A stretch of 64,000 nucleotides of DNA. Source: Octopus sinensis. Lineage: Eukaryota. A program made the position numbers and the translations under genes. The notes under the pieces are model-generated. The model did no database searches and was not told the origin of the DNA. It saw only the letters and a list, made by a program, of their open reading frames with translations. The DNA is taken from NCBI RefSeq assembly GCF_006345805.1, contig NC_043017.1, positions 33,976,001 through 34,040,000 of the forward strand. The letters run 5' to 3'. Position 1 is the stretch's first letter. Every line of letters begins with the position of its first letter. Below are positions 1 to 10,878 of this stretch, one piece after another.

Positions 1-1512
1 TAAGTGGAATTGGTGACTGAAAAAAAAAACTGAAGCAGAAAATTATTTTCACATTTGGAACTATACAGATATCTTTCACGACTAAAATGAGATAAAGAAG
101 TCAAAAGTATTCTCTTTCCTCTGTGAAGACACTCACAAAAAGATATTTCTCCATTTAATACCCTATAAAGACGCAAACTAGAGTCTACCATTAAGATTAT
201 TTCACTAAATAGGAAGACAGAGAAATGTTTATCGCAGTTTAAAAATATCATATTTTGGTTCAGTATAACGGTCTACCATGCAACGAAATAAATGGTAAAA
301 TGTAGTGGATAATTAACCCGCTTAAATGGGCGTTCTGTTCAAATGAAAGAATCACATCAAATTTAGAAAACGTCACTGATTTTGTTGATAAGTAAATCTC
401 TATGGAGCATATGCTTGGCGGTGAAAAACGTTTGCAGTAATTATTTTCGTATCTTAATCATTTATTTGGAATAAAATAGTGTTCAATTTTACAAGAATAA
501 ATACCATTTGGGTGAGAGAGCATGGTTGACACAAGTAGCTTGTAAACCATACGGTGTCATGTTAATACGATTTGACACTAGATTATATCGTGTACTTGAT
601 ATCATAAATTGTAATACTGCGAAGTTATTTTCCAATATTTGTCGCTGGAATTGTAATATTGACAGAGTCAATATACTTCATACCTAGTCAAATCAGAAAA
701 CCGATAAAATGTCATGTAGTATTGCATTATTAATACAAATATCTCTGTGAAACATATTCTCTGAATCAATTCCTGGTGCTTAAATGATAACAATATAAGG
801 AACCACTTACAATGGAATATCTTGATTAAAACAGCTCAACACAGAAGAAATGAACGTAGTACAATCTATTGACTGAAGAAACAGCATGTATCCCCCTCAT
901 AAACATGCCATATCTGAATATGTCTGAGAATGAGGACATAAATTACATATGTTCCACAAAACCTAGGAGCATATTTCTGACAATATGTTGGAATAAACAA
1001 ACATAGATTTCAAATTTGCATTCGACCAAACTTTATTTTGAATTTTTTTACTAGTATATATTTTTGTACAACGTATGTATATGTGTCTGTACTGGAGCGA
1101 GTCAAAAATTTGCGGCGTGTATAATACAGGACCGAAGCAGTTCAAAGCCGTGGAAGGCACCTGCTAAGGTTGGCAGGGTATAGTAGTGGATGGTGGGCTA
1201 ACACATTGTGCATTGCTTCTCTCCGTATTTGATTTGAAAGCCATACAGATGACGTGCAATACAAAATGAGAATTTTTCCGTTGAAATATATAGCAACACA
1301 TTTTAACACTTAAGAGCAGTGTGATCTTTGCTCGTTTCACAGTAATATTAATGATAGATTGGAGTAAAATAGATTCAAATACCATATAAGAATCTGTTTC
1401 TTAACCTAACAGAGTGCTGTCCTCTTCAAACACTTTCTATGAACAATTTGCAGTAATTATATGTCTGTGCATGAGACCTGCCTAAATCTATTCTCGGGGC
1501 ATTTTTCACAAA

Positions 1513-1728
1513 ACGAAAGGGTGCTGAGAAGTTCCTGGCCTTAAGGGTTTCACAAAAAACTGGTTGGAGGCCCTAACTTCCGAGTTCTTTACAGTACTTA
1601 GAAAAACCAAAGTACTGCTGCAATAACGGTGTGAAGCTGAGAAGGGAATGTGTTAAATGAAATCATAATTAAATTATCTTCCTATATTTTCTTTCACCCA
1701 AAGCCAGGAAATTTTCAGCACGCCCGCG
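1513..1728 (+). mobile_element. Mariner-derived miniature element (internally deleted, TIRs retained)
   Basis: Left end ACGAAAGGGTGCTGAGAAGTTCCTGGC and right end GCCAGGAAATTTTCAGCACGCCCGCG-TA are imperfect inverted repeats. The interior resembles a mariner transposase C-terminus (..LEK....CN..V.LR.E.V.*). Confidence 0.7.
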
Positions 1729-3025
1729 TACATGGTTGTTACGTAAATTATTGTTCTTGAGGCAGGAAATTTAATGTTTAATTTGACTGACGGAGCGCAA
1801 AACTACTTTATTCAAAGTACCTCATTCCTTCTGGGATTTGTGCTACTTTTCAAATATTCATGCAAATTATGACCATGCGTCTGAGTAATGAGCAGGTTCG
1901 AGTGTCAATACCATGAGGAATATATGCGCTGTGTCTATAAAAGACTAGCCATTTAGTATCGAGGTAACATTTTGTTTGATGTTCTTCTCAGGCTATCAGG
2001 GCCTCTTACCTGGCTGGACATTATTTACTCTTCAGATTGTGCGGCATGGATGGCATAGTCTTAAATGAAACATTATCTACATAAAATACAAATGATGATA
2101 GTTAGAAAGCTTTCCATAATACTTCTGCGTGGACATTGCTGGCCTCGGGCTAAATAATTACAACGTCAAATCAACCCTCCTACCAATATGGATTTTGATA
2201 ACAGTGAATGCAGACGAATGAATACTAAATTAGGCCTTGTTTAATTATCTTAAAGAAAAAAAGAAACCTTTTAAGAAAATAAAACAAAATATATAAGATT
2301 ATTATTTTTTCTTTTCTTTTGTTTCTGTTCAAATTTTCATTATCGTTTCAATTCGGATTTTAGCTTCAATAAATTTTAATAATATAATTAAAGTGATTTT
2401 AATTAAATGAAATTAGGCTGTGGTAATATGATTAAAATAATTTCCTTTAAAATTAGATAAAATCTGACTTTAATTTTTAACAACACCTCAAAAATAAAAG
2501 AAAATAGAAGAAAATTTCGTTATTTCGTTTTTTGCAATTTGGGTAGAAATTAATTTTGGTGAGATATTGTTTGGCGTAGCATGCATGGCATTTTACTAAA
2601 AAAAGCATTCACCTTTCATTCAAAGACTACGAAAAGTACATTTTTATTGTTATCTGATTCAATATTTAGAGATGAACAGTTCGCATAAAATCATCTTCAC
2701 CGTATAATAGGCTCAAAGTGTCTTTATGTAAATATTTACAATTCATTTGCATTACTGCATGTCAATATACTTTGGAAAAACATTGGTTAGCTCGTAGTAA
2801 ATACCCGTAACCTGGATAGGGCAACGAAAGGAGCTCCGTCTCTCAAACGAATTAATATAAACGTATTGTTAGCATTAATCGTCATAGACTCGATATCGAT
2901 CATTCAAATGCATGTTGTGTGAAATCAATATAGAAATTTTACAGAATACGTACGTCCTTAATATTATTTGCAACTGTAATAACACATATTAATAAAACAA
3001 TTAAAAGTGGGCAGAAATTCCACAA

Positions 3026-3051
3026 TATATGTATGTATATATATGTATATA

Positions 3052-3102
<51 letters not shown>

Positions 3103-3125
3103 ATATAATATATATATATATATAA
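3026..3125. repeat. (TA)n microsatellite
   Basis: Direct inspection; explains ORF 3029..3223. Confidence 0.95.
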
Positions 3126-3340
3126 TAGAAATATTAAAATTACTAAGTCTCTCTCTAAAAGAGATTACGGCAGCGTTACTGGAAATTAATTGTTATCGCC
3201 ATATTAATATGGCAGTCTTATAGATATAAGACTAAAGCTGTCACTGATTAGCTCCATGAGGCCATCGCCTTAAGTTAGCTATTTGACACAGAAACTGTGT
3301 CCATTATAACCTTCGAACAATATATATATATATATATATA

Positions 3341-3613
3341 TATTATCAATAATAAAAGAGTAAAATCAATTAATTATTAATTAATTTCACCAAGTAGTAA
3401 TCAGTATGTAAAAGGACCATTCAAGGTATATTCAAAATATTACGTTATATAATTAGGGCTCAGTAAAATAATTTACTTTACCACATACTGAAACTTTTAG
3501 AAATAGCAGCCAAAAAGTTTTTTTAGCCATTTCTTCTACTATAACACTACTGAACACTACTTGGTGAAATTAATTAATAATTAATTGATTTTGCCCTTTT
3601 ATTATTGATAATA
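3341..3613. mobile_element. Fold-back/MITE-like element with 58-bp inverted ends; related to the element at 63418-63820
   Basis: 3341-3398 (TATTATCAATAATAAAAGAGTAAAATCAATTAATTATTAATTAATTTCACCAAGTAGT) is the reverse complement of 3556-3613 with 2 mismatches. It abuts a (TA)n tract. Confidence 0.7.
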
Positions 3614-3975
3614 CAATTCCTTTCTCCCTGTTCTTTACTGCGGATCTCACCGTAATAATCTGTTTATTCTATAACTCACGTGGATGGAAGCGGGAAGAAT
3701 ACGAATCTTCACTCGTACTTTTTGAATTTGCTGGCACTGGCAGTTTGGAGATGTTTGTCTGAGGTTACTCATATCAGACGGGTATGTTCAATTTTTTAGT
3801 GCTTTCAAATCCAAATTAAGAAATGTTGAGCTGACGAAAGAAATGTCGAGTTTTAATTCAACTTATTCAGAAACGTAACGTTCTCAAATGATCTTTGTAC
3901 ATGTGATATTTTGCTGTTTTTCCCTCCATATCTACGTGAATTATTTTTGAGTAGACACTATCTGGGAGACTTTTC

Positions 3976-4075
3976 TTATAGTAGAAAAAATGTCTAAAAA
4001 ACTTTTGGCTGCTACTTCTAAAAGTTTCAGTATGTGGTAAAGTAAATTATTTTACTGAGCCCTAATTATATAACG

Positions 4076-4076
<1 letters not shown>
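3976..4076 (-). repeat. Inverted copy of the internal segment 3442-3543
   Basis: The reverse complement of ..GTTTCAGTATGTGGTAAAGTAAATTATTTTACTGAGCCCTAATTATATAACGT matches 3442-3543. It ends in the (TA)n tract at 4077-4135. Confidence 0.85.
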
Positions 4077-4136
<60 letters not shown>

Positions 4137-4220
4137 TAATACTATATTTGTTCCACGCCCTCGTGTTGCTGTTTTTTTGTGCTTTCTTGTTTAGATTAAC
4201 TATATATATAATATATATAT

Positions 4221-4386
4221 ACAACGGGCTTCTTTCAGTTTCCGTCTACCAAATCCATTCACAAGTCTTTGGTCGGCCAGAGGCTATAGTAGAAGACACT
4301 TGCCCATGGTGCCACCCAGTGGGACTGAACCCGGAACCATCTGGTTGGTAAACGAGCTATTTACTACACAGCCACTCCTACGCCTA
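4221..4386 (-). mobile_element. SINE family A, 5' half only
   Basis: Reverse complement of the family-A head (TAGGCGTAGGAGTGGCTGTGTAGTAA..GGTTCCGGGTTCAGTCCC); truncated at the internal microsatellite. Confidence 0.85.
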
Positions 4387-5179
4387 CGTAACATGCTATG
4401 TAACATTTTATCGCAAACCAATTGTTCTTCTGTTGCATGCTATCAAATAAACTCGTAATATGAGATCAGATCGCGAGGAGCGTTGAGTTTTGTCAAATCG
4501 GATTGAACCATGAAGAAGCCCATCTGAATATCAGTTCCCTTATATATTTAATAGTTACTTTAACAGGTAATATATGGCTTTGCTCGAACACTGGAGCAGT
4601 TTTTCTTTATTCAGTAATACATTATAAGATTTCTCACAGAAAGTTGTTTAGAAACATAAGATACTTCTGTGATGAACTGAATTTATTATTGTTATTATCG
4701 CTATAAAATGGAGAGAGCAGGTGACGACATAATTGGTGAGCGACGCTTTGAGATTTCCGACATTGTTCCTTTGTTAGAATCCATTATTTCGAAGAAGGAG
4801 GAAAACTGAAACGTTATATGTCTTCTTCAATAAGAGGAAAAGAACACTAAGTCTGTCTTCATAGAACCAATTTATTCTGAAATGGTTACAGGTAAAATTG
4901 TAAAAGATTATCCAGTTATAATAATGTTCTTGAGTGAAGGCAATGATCGCCTAATTATAAGAATTATGCGAATACCAGATGTATTTCTAACATTAAAAAT
5001 GAAATGACAACACAAGCGTGTACAGGTAAAGTGGGAAGTATGAAACTGTACTTTTTTACATCGGAAGCCTTTCCTAATAGCTACCACAGTGGAGACAATG
5101 CTAACAATAGCATTTAACGGATGAGAAAACATTATAACTTCCGTCATTTTTTCGACTTTATCCAACAAATCTCTTTAAA

Positions 5180-5187
5180 TATACATG

Positions 5188-5219
<32 letters not shown>

Positions 5220-5589
5220 CATACATACGTACGTACGTACATACATACATACATACATACACACATACATACATACATACATACATACATACACACATAC
5301 ATACACATATATACACACATACACACATACATACATACATGCATGCATACATTCATACATACATACATAAATACATACATACATACATACATACATACAT
5401 ACATACATACATACATACATACATACATACATACATACATGCATGCATACATTCATACATACATACATACATACACACACATACATACACACATACATAC
5501 ATATATGCATACATTCACACATACATACATACATGCATACATACATACATACATACATACATACATACATCCATACATACATACATACA

Positions 5590-5620
<31 letters not shown>
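5180..5620. repeat. (TACA)n tetranucleotide microsatellite, ~440 bp
   Basis: Direct inspection; explains all HTYI/MYVC ORFs at 5121-5706. Confidence 0.97.
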
Positions 5621-5621
<1 letters not shown>

Positions 5622-6590
5622 AAAGAAGCACAAAGCGTTCCTGAAGTCTTTTGACAAATATGATCTCACAAGCTCTTTCGCGCATCTTCTTTCGCACACG
5701 ATACATTCTGCAGCCCAGCTTCTGAGTGAAATTGCGTATACAGAAGTTGAAAATAAGTATATTTAATAATTCTTATGAAAATATTGGATTTTAGGTGAAA
5801 TATTCTTTTAGCTGCAATTTCTAGGCGCATAAATTAATGGTTTTATGTTAAAGGTAGGATTATATGATCTTTTCTTTTAAGGACAAGTAAGTGCAAGAAT
5901 GAAAATGAAAGAAAACAATATATTATTTTAAAAACTATATAAGGTTATCGTGGATAAGCGAAAGTAAATGCTTTAAAAAAAGGTTATTTATTAAACATTA
6001 TTTTTATAGATTTCTCTATTTCTCAACAAATTCATTTATCTAATTGTGAAAGGAATATCGTATGGATTAAGTAATATTTTTAATGCGAGAAAAGTGGCGC
6101 GTAAAAGTAATAGCAGACTCACATTGGTGCCTCGTTGTCATCTTTATGTAATCCTTTTTTAATGTAACATTTACTTTCCGGTTATACTTAAAATATTTGT
6201 GAAAAATTAATTATGCGTAAAAAGCATTGCCTTGAAAATGAATAGATTCTCAAGAAAATTGCAGTTTAGGGAATAATAATATACTTACTTAATTGAACCT
6301 GGAAAAAAGTACAAGTCATGAAGTGTAAGCTGAAAAATATTGCAGCTAAAGTCTAAATCTAAATTGAAATATTATGCATTTGGAGGAGGAGGGTAAGGCT
6401 TTCAAAAACGATAAGGAAAAGATTAAAAGGAAGGGTAATGTTGAGTAGCACGTTGTTAATCAGGTGGAATATGAAGTTGTCTGTGCATATCAAATTCAGA
6501 TCACGCCAAATGGTTTATGTTGAGCCTAAGAAAGATGATTTCAATTTTTGAGCATTTTGGAGGGAGTGGGCCTGTTTTGGTTAAGCAATA

Positions 6591-7405
6591 TATTGTGTCG
6601 TCCCAGAAATAATGCGGTTTTTTCAATTGCATGAACTAAACGTCGGAGGTGGGCAGGATAATCTACCTCTATCAACTTGATATAAAAGCATATAGTTTTA
6701 TTTTAGTGCAAGTTTCAAAGAGTGCAGTTGGAGTTTAACAGTTATTTTTCCAACGCAGAAATGGAAGCGAGAAAGGAGTATATTCAACATATTTTGCTTT
6801 GTGAGTTCAATAAAGGCAAAAAAAGTGCGGTAGGTCAAGATATTCCAAACTGAAAACTACAGCCTAAAAGACGAGCCTCGTCCTGAAAGAGAACGACGAG
6901 GACATCCTGCAAACCCTGGTGGAGCAAAATCCTATCGTAACTGTTGAGAAACTAGCAGAGAAACCTGGATTCATTGGCATCTGCGTGTCATCGGAGAACG
7001 ATCATCTTTGGTTTGAAGACGAACGGTGTTCTTCCATCAGGATAATGCTCGGCCACATACAGTGAAGATGACATTCCAAAGGCTGGAGCAGTTTGAATGG
7101 GAAACGATGCCCCACCCACCATATTCGCCGAACCTTGCCCCAACTGATTATCATTTATTCCACAGTCTTCAAAATCATTCGGACGGAAGAAATATGAATT
7201 CTGTAGATGAGGTCAGAACAATACTGGAGGAGTATTTTTCGTCACAGACAAGTGAATTTTGGAAGAGGGACCTTGCAAGTCTACCAGATAGGTGGAAGAA
7301 CTTTGTAGAAAATGAAAGAGAGTAAATTTAAAAAGAAATTTATCTTAATTTAGAATAATACAAGAAGTATTTAAAAAACCGCATTATTTATGGGATGACC
7401 CACTA
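6591..7405 (+). mobile_element. Mariner (DD34D) transposon, internally deleted, transposase pseudogene
   Basis: ORF 7026..7325 has HQDNARPH and YSPNLAPTDYHLF with 34 residues between the two Asp. An N-terminal remnant ATGGAAGCGAGAAAG.. lies at ~6761. TIRs are TATTGTGTCGTCCCAGAAATAATGCGGTTTTTT and AAAAAACCGCATTATTTATGGGATGACCCACTA, with TA flanks. Confidence 0.92.
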
Positions 7406-7703
7406 TATGCCATGACGATAGAGAGGATTTTCTTGGTATACGTAGTCGAAAAAGTGTTGGAATTCCAGAGCTTCAGTGGTATTGATATCAATTTTTTGTC
7501 ACATGTAGGCATATCTTCTGATTTTTTTTTTTTTTTTGTGGCAAAATGTAGGCACCTTCCCTAAAGCACTACTCCTATGATTTCTCATCAGTTTATGAGC
7601 ATCGCAGATTGCAAATGCCCATTTAACTCTTACTAGACAAATTGAAATGCATCCTAAGCACCCCGCCTCCACCTTAAGTGGTAACATATTTCTATATATC
7701 TAA

Positions 7704-8101
7704 ACTAACAGAATACCCGGCGTTGCTCGGGTTTGTAAGGGAAATAACTATATAAGCATTTTTAGAGATATAGCCGTAAAATAGCAAAAAAATGCATTAA
7801 AAATGGAAAAGAAATTATGGTAAATTTTTTTTTAAATCGTTGACTCATCGTAGACATTTTTAGAGAGTTACTTCCCTTATTTAATAGCGAAAAAAAATGC
7901 ATTAAAATGGAAAAAAATTATGGTAATTTTTTTTTAAATCGTAAACTCATCGTAGACGCGCGCTAATACCCAGAAGGGCTCGATATGAATCACGACTATA
8001 AGATACCCGGTTTTGGTTAAACTGCACCGCAAAATGTGGGAGTAGTTAGGAATCTAAATCGTAGGAGACAGACACACAACTTCACTTTTATATGTAAAGA
8101 T
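7704..8101 (+). mobile_element. Non-autonomous Helitron/Helentron-type interspersed element
   Basis: 5' ACTAACAGAATACCCGGCGTTGCTCGGG (GC hairpin near the end), an internal ~100-bp tandem duplication (CATTTTTAGAGA..CTCATCGTAGA x2), and 3' ..ACAGACACAC..TTTTATATGTAAAGAT. This is the architecture typical of Helentron-associated elements. Confidence 0.6.
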
Positions 8102-8747
8102 ATAATCTCCGCTGTTATCAAAACATTAGATGGATGTAGCTGAAATTTCGAAATTTTAAAAGACGGGTTACATTTCCACCGTCTCCGTCTACTTCAACCT
8201 TACTCATCAGCTGCCATATTTTATCTTAAGGCGAGTTTACCCGCATTTTTCTGCTAATATATTTTATAGTCATGCGGTGATTGTGTCAATGATATATCCA
8301 TAATGCTGTATTATAATGATGGTTAGAGACGTTGTTTAGTGGCAGTTATCGATTATGTGAGAATATTTACTGTTTTATCGCATTACGAGTGATTGAGTAG
8401 AATGTTTATTATTTCATTTAGATTAGGTAGAATAGGTTGTGTCAGTTGCAATAATTTATATGGTGTTATAGGGAATGAATTGTACAGTTAATTGCTATAT
8501 ATTTATGTTGATTATGGTTAAACATACGCAAGCTTGTTATATGTTTGTGCAGTGCAGATTTATAAGTTTTTGTCGAACAGTTGTTATGAATTTTTAGATA
8601 GTTCTGACTAACGCCTGACTTCATCGTTCGAATACAACCAATATTATCCCTAGCAAGGGAGCTCGAATAGCTTATTTTCCAGTGCAGAGGTTATATCTGG
8701 GAACGTTCTGTCGTCACTGTTCGAGTACTCAAAATTTATTTCTAGTA

Positions 8748-9315
8748 AAGCGGCGAGCTGGCAGAAACGTTAGCACGTCGGGCGAAATGCTTAGCAGTTT
8801 TTCGTCTGCCGTTACGTTCTGAGTTCAAATTCCGCGGAGGTCGACTTTGCGTTTCATCCTTTCTGGGTCGATTAAATAAGTACCAGTTACGCACTGAGGT
8901 CGATATAATCGACTTAATACCTATGTCTGTCCATGTTTGTCCCCTCTATGTTTAGCCCCTTGTGGGTAATAAAGAAATAGGTATTTCGTCTGCCGTTACG
9001 TTCTGAGTTCAAATTCCGCCGAGGTCGATAAATTCCGCCGGGGTCGATAAATAAAGTACCAGATACGCACTGTTTGCCTGTCTTTGTTTGTCCCCTCTAT
9101 GTTTAGCCCCTTGTGGGTAGTAAAGAAATAGGTATTTCGTCTGCCGTTACGTTCTGAGTTCAAATTCCGCCGAGGTTGACTTTGCCTTTCATCCTTTCGG
9201 GGTCGATAAATTAAGTACCAGTTACGCACTGGGATCGATGTAATCGACTTAACCCGTTTGTCTGTCCTTGCTTATCCTCTCCGTGTTTAGCCCCTTGTGG
9301 TCAATAAAGAAATAA
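8748..9315 (+). mobile_element. SINE family B trimer (head + 3 bodies)
   Basis: Head AAAGCGGCGAGCTGGCAGAAACGTTAGC. The junction AAAGAAATAGGTATTTCGTCTG occurs twice; each body has the B-box-like GAGTTCAAATTCC. Confidence 0.9.
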
Positions 9316-9433
9316 ATAATTTCTTTCAAGTAACAATTGAGAAAACAAGTGAATGTGAAGAGGGTTATGTTGGTCTGCAATACATTTTTTAAAAGTTGGG
9401 TGACTATTCGCTTGGTAGGCTACCATTATTTGG

Positions 9434-9820
9434 TGGATGCGCAATGGCCCAGTGGTTAGGGCAGCGGACTCGCGGTCGTAGGATCGCGGTTTCGATTCCC
9501 AGACCGGGCGTTGTGAGTGTTTATTGAGCGAAAACACCTAAAAAAGCTCCACGTGGCTCCGGCAGGGATGGTGGTGATCCCTGCTGTACTCTTTCACCAC
9601 AACTTTCTCTCACTCTTACTTCCTGTTTCTGTTGTACCTGTATTTCAAAGGGCCGGCCTTGTCACTCTCTGTGTCACGCTGAATATCCCCGAGAACTACG
9701 TTAAGGGTACACGTGTCTGTGGAGTGCTCAGCCACTTACACGTTAATTTCACGAGCAGGCTGTTCCGTTGATTCGGATCAACCGGAACCCTCGTCGTCGT
9801 AACCGACGGAGTGCTCCTAC
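9434..9820 (+). mobile_element. SINE family C, tRNA-Arg-like head, 14-bp TSD
   Basis: Head TGGCCCAGTGGTTAGGGCAGCGGACTCGCGGTCGTAGGATCGCGGTTTCGATTCC resembles eukaryotic tRNA-Arg. The TSD CTACCATTATTTGG is at 9420-9433 and 9821-9834. Near-identical copies lie at 28769 and 60873. May correspond to the tRNA-Arg-derived OR SINEs reported from octopus (not verified). Confidence 0.9.
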
Positions 9821-10112
9821 CTACCATTATTTGGCTTAGGGGTGTCAGTGTTTGAGGATCCGTACCGCAAATCATCTCATATCTTTGAGCCCCCCCCCCC
9901 CACCGAATTCATTACTGCTTTCTATACAATTAATATCTCGTCATATTGTCAATTAATCATCTAATTATTGTCTTTCATTTTTCCTCATCTCATTATTCGA
10001 CTTTATATAAATCTCTCGTTGATTGTTGTTTAATTTTGTATTCCACCTCTGAACTGTCCCTCAGTTGTTGACAATAGAAACGATTAAAAGTTAATGTTAT
10101 CAATTATGTTTA

Positions 10113-10663
10113 TTGTTGTTGTTGTTGTAGGTAGTGATAGTGGCGGTGTTGTTGGTGATGCTGCTGCTGCTGGCGATGCTGATGATGTTTATGATGATTA
10201 TAGTGGTGGTGGTGGTGGTCGTGGTGGTTGTGGTGGTGGTGGCGGTCGTGGCAGTCGTGGTGGTCGTGGTGGTCGTGGTGGTCGTGGTGGTAGCGGTGGT
10301 GGTGGTGGTGGTGGCTGTTGTGGTGGTGGCGGTCGTAGCGTTGTGGCGGTGGTGGTGGCGGTGGTGGTGGCGGTGGTTGCGGTCGTGGTGGTCGTGGTAG
10401 TCGTCGTGGTGGCGGTGGTGGTGGCGGTGGTGGCGGTCGTGGTGGTCGTGGTGGTCCTGGTGGTCGTGGGGGTCGTGGTGGTGGCGGTGGTGGTGACGGT
10501 CGTGGCGGTCGTGGTGGTCGTGGTGGTCGTGGTGGTCGTGGTGGCGGTCGTGGTGGTCGTGGTGGTGGCGGTGCGTGGTGGTGGCGGTGGTAGTGGCGGT
10601 CGTGGCGGTCGTGGCGGTCGTGGTGGTCGTGGTGGTGATCGTGGTGGTCGTGGTGGTCGTGGT
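10113..10663. repeat. Compound trinucleotide repeat (GTT/GCT/GAT, then GGT/CGT/GGC mosaic)
   Basis: Direct inspection; explains ORFs 10094..10687, 10110..10709 and 10134..10400. Confidence 0.95.
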
Positions 10664-10789
10664 TGCAGCTGGCTCGCTCTAACGTAAAAAATTGTTGTTC
10701 AGAGAACATTCATTGCATTTTAATTGTAACGGAAGGAATTAAATTTTGTATTGTATATTATATCAGAGATTATTATTGATCCTTTCTAT

Positions 10790-10878
10790 GATCTGAGTTC
10801 AAATTCCGCCGAAGTCTATTTCGCCTTTCATTCTTTCGGGGTCGATAAATTAAGTACCAGTCAAGTACTGGGTCGATG
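10790..10878 (+). mobile_element. SINE B/B' core fragment
   Basis: GAGTTCAAATTCCGCCGAAGTC..CCTTTCATTCTTTCGGGGTCGATAAATTAAGTACCAG. Confidence 0.8.

Noticed and set aside
5121-5706. Long ORFs (up to 177 aa) of HTYI/MYVC repeats; likewise the YIYI ORFs at 18.5-20.5, 33.9-34.4, 45.4-45.8 and 51.3-51.9 kb
   Set aside because: They are translations of (TACA)n/(TA)n microsatellites that happen to lack stop codons.
9434-9510. tRNA-Arg gene (also at 29060 and 60873)
   Set aside because: The acceptor stem is not formed and the sequence continues into a shared ~300-bp body with TSDs, so it is a SINE head.
10094-10709. Gly/Arg-, Val- and Pro/His-rich ORFs of 197-199 aa
   Set aside because: All frames are open because of the trinucleotide repeat; there is no unique coding sequence or convincing splice context.
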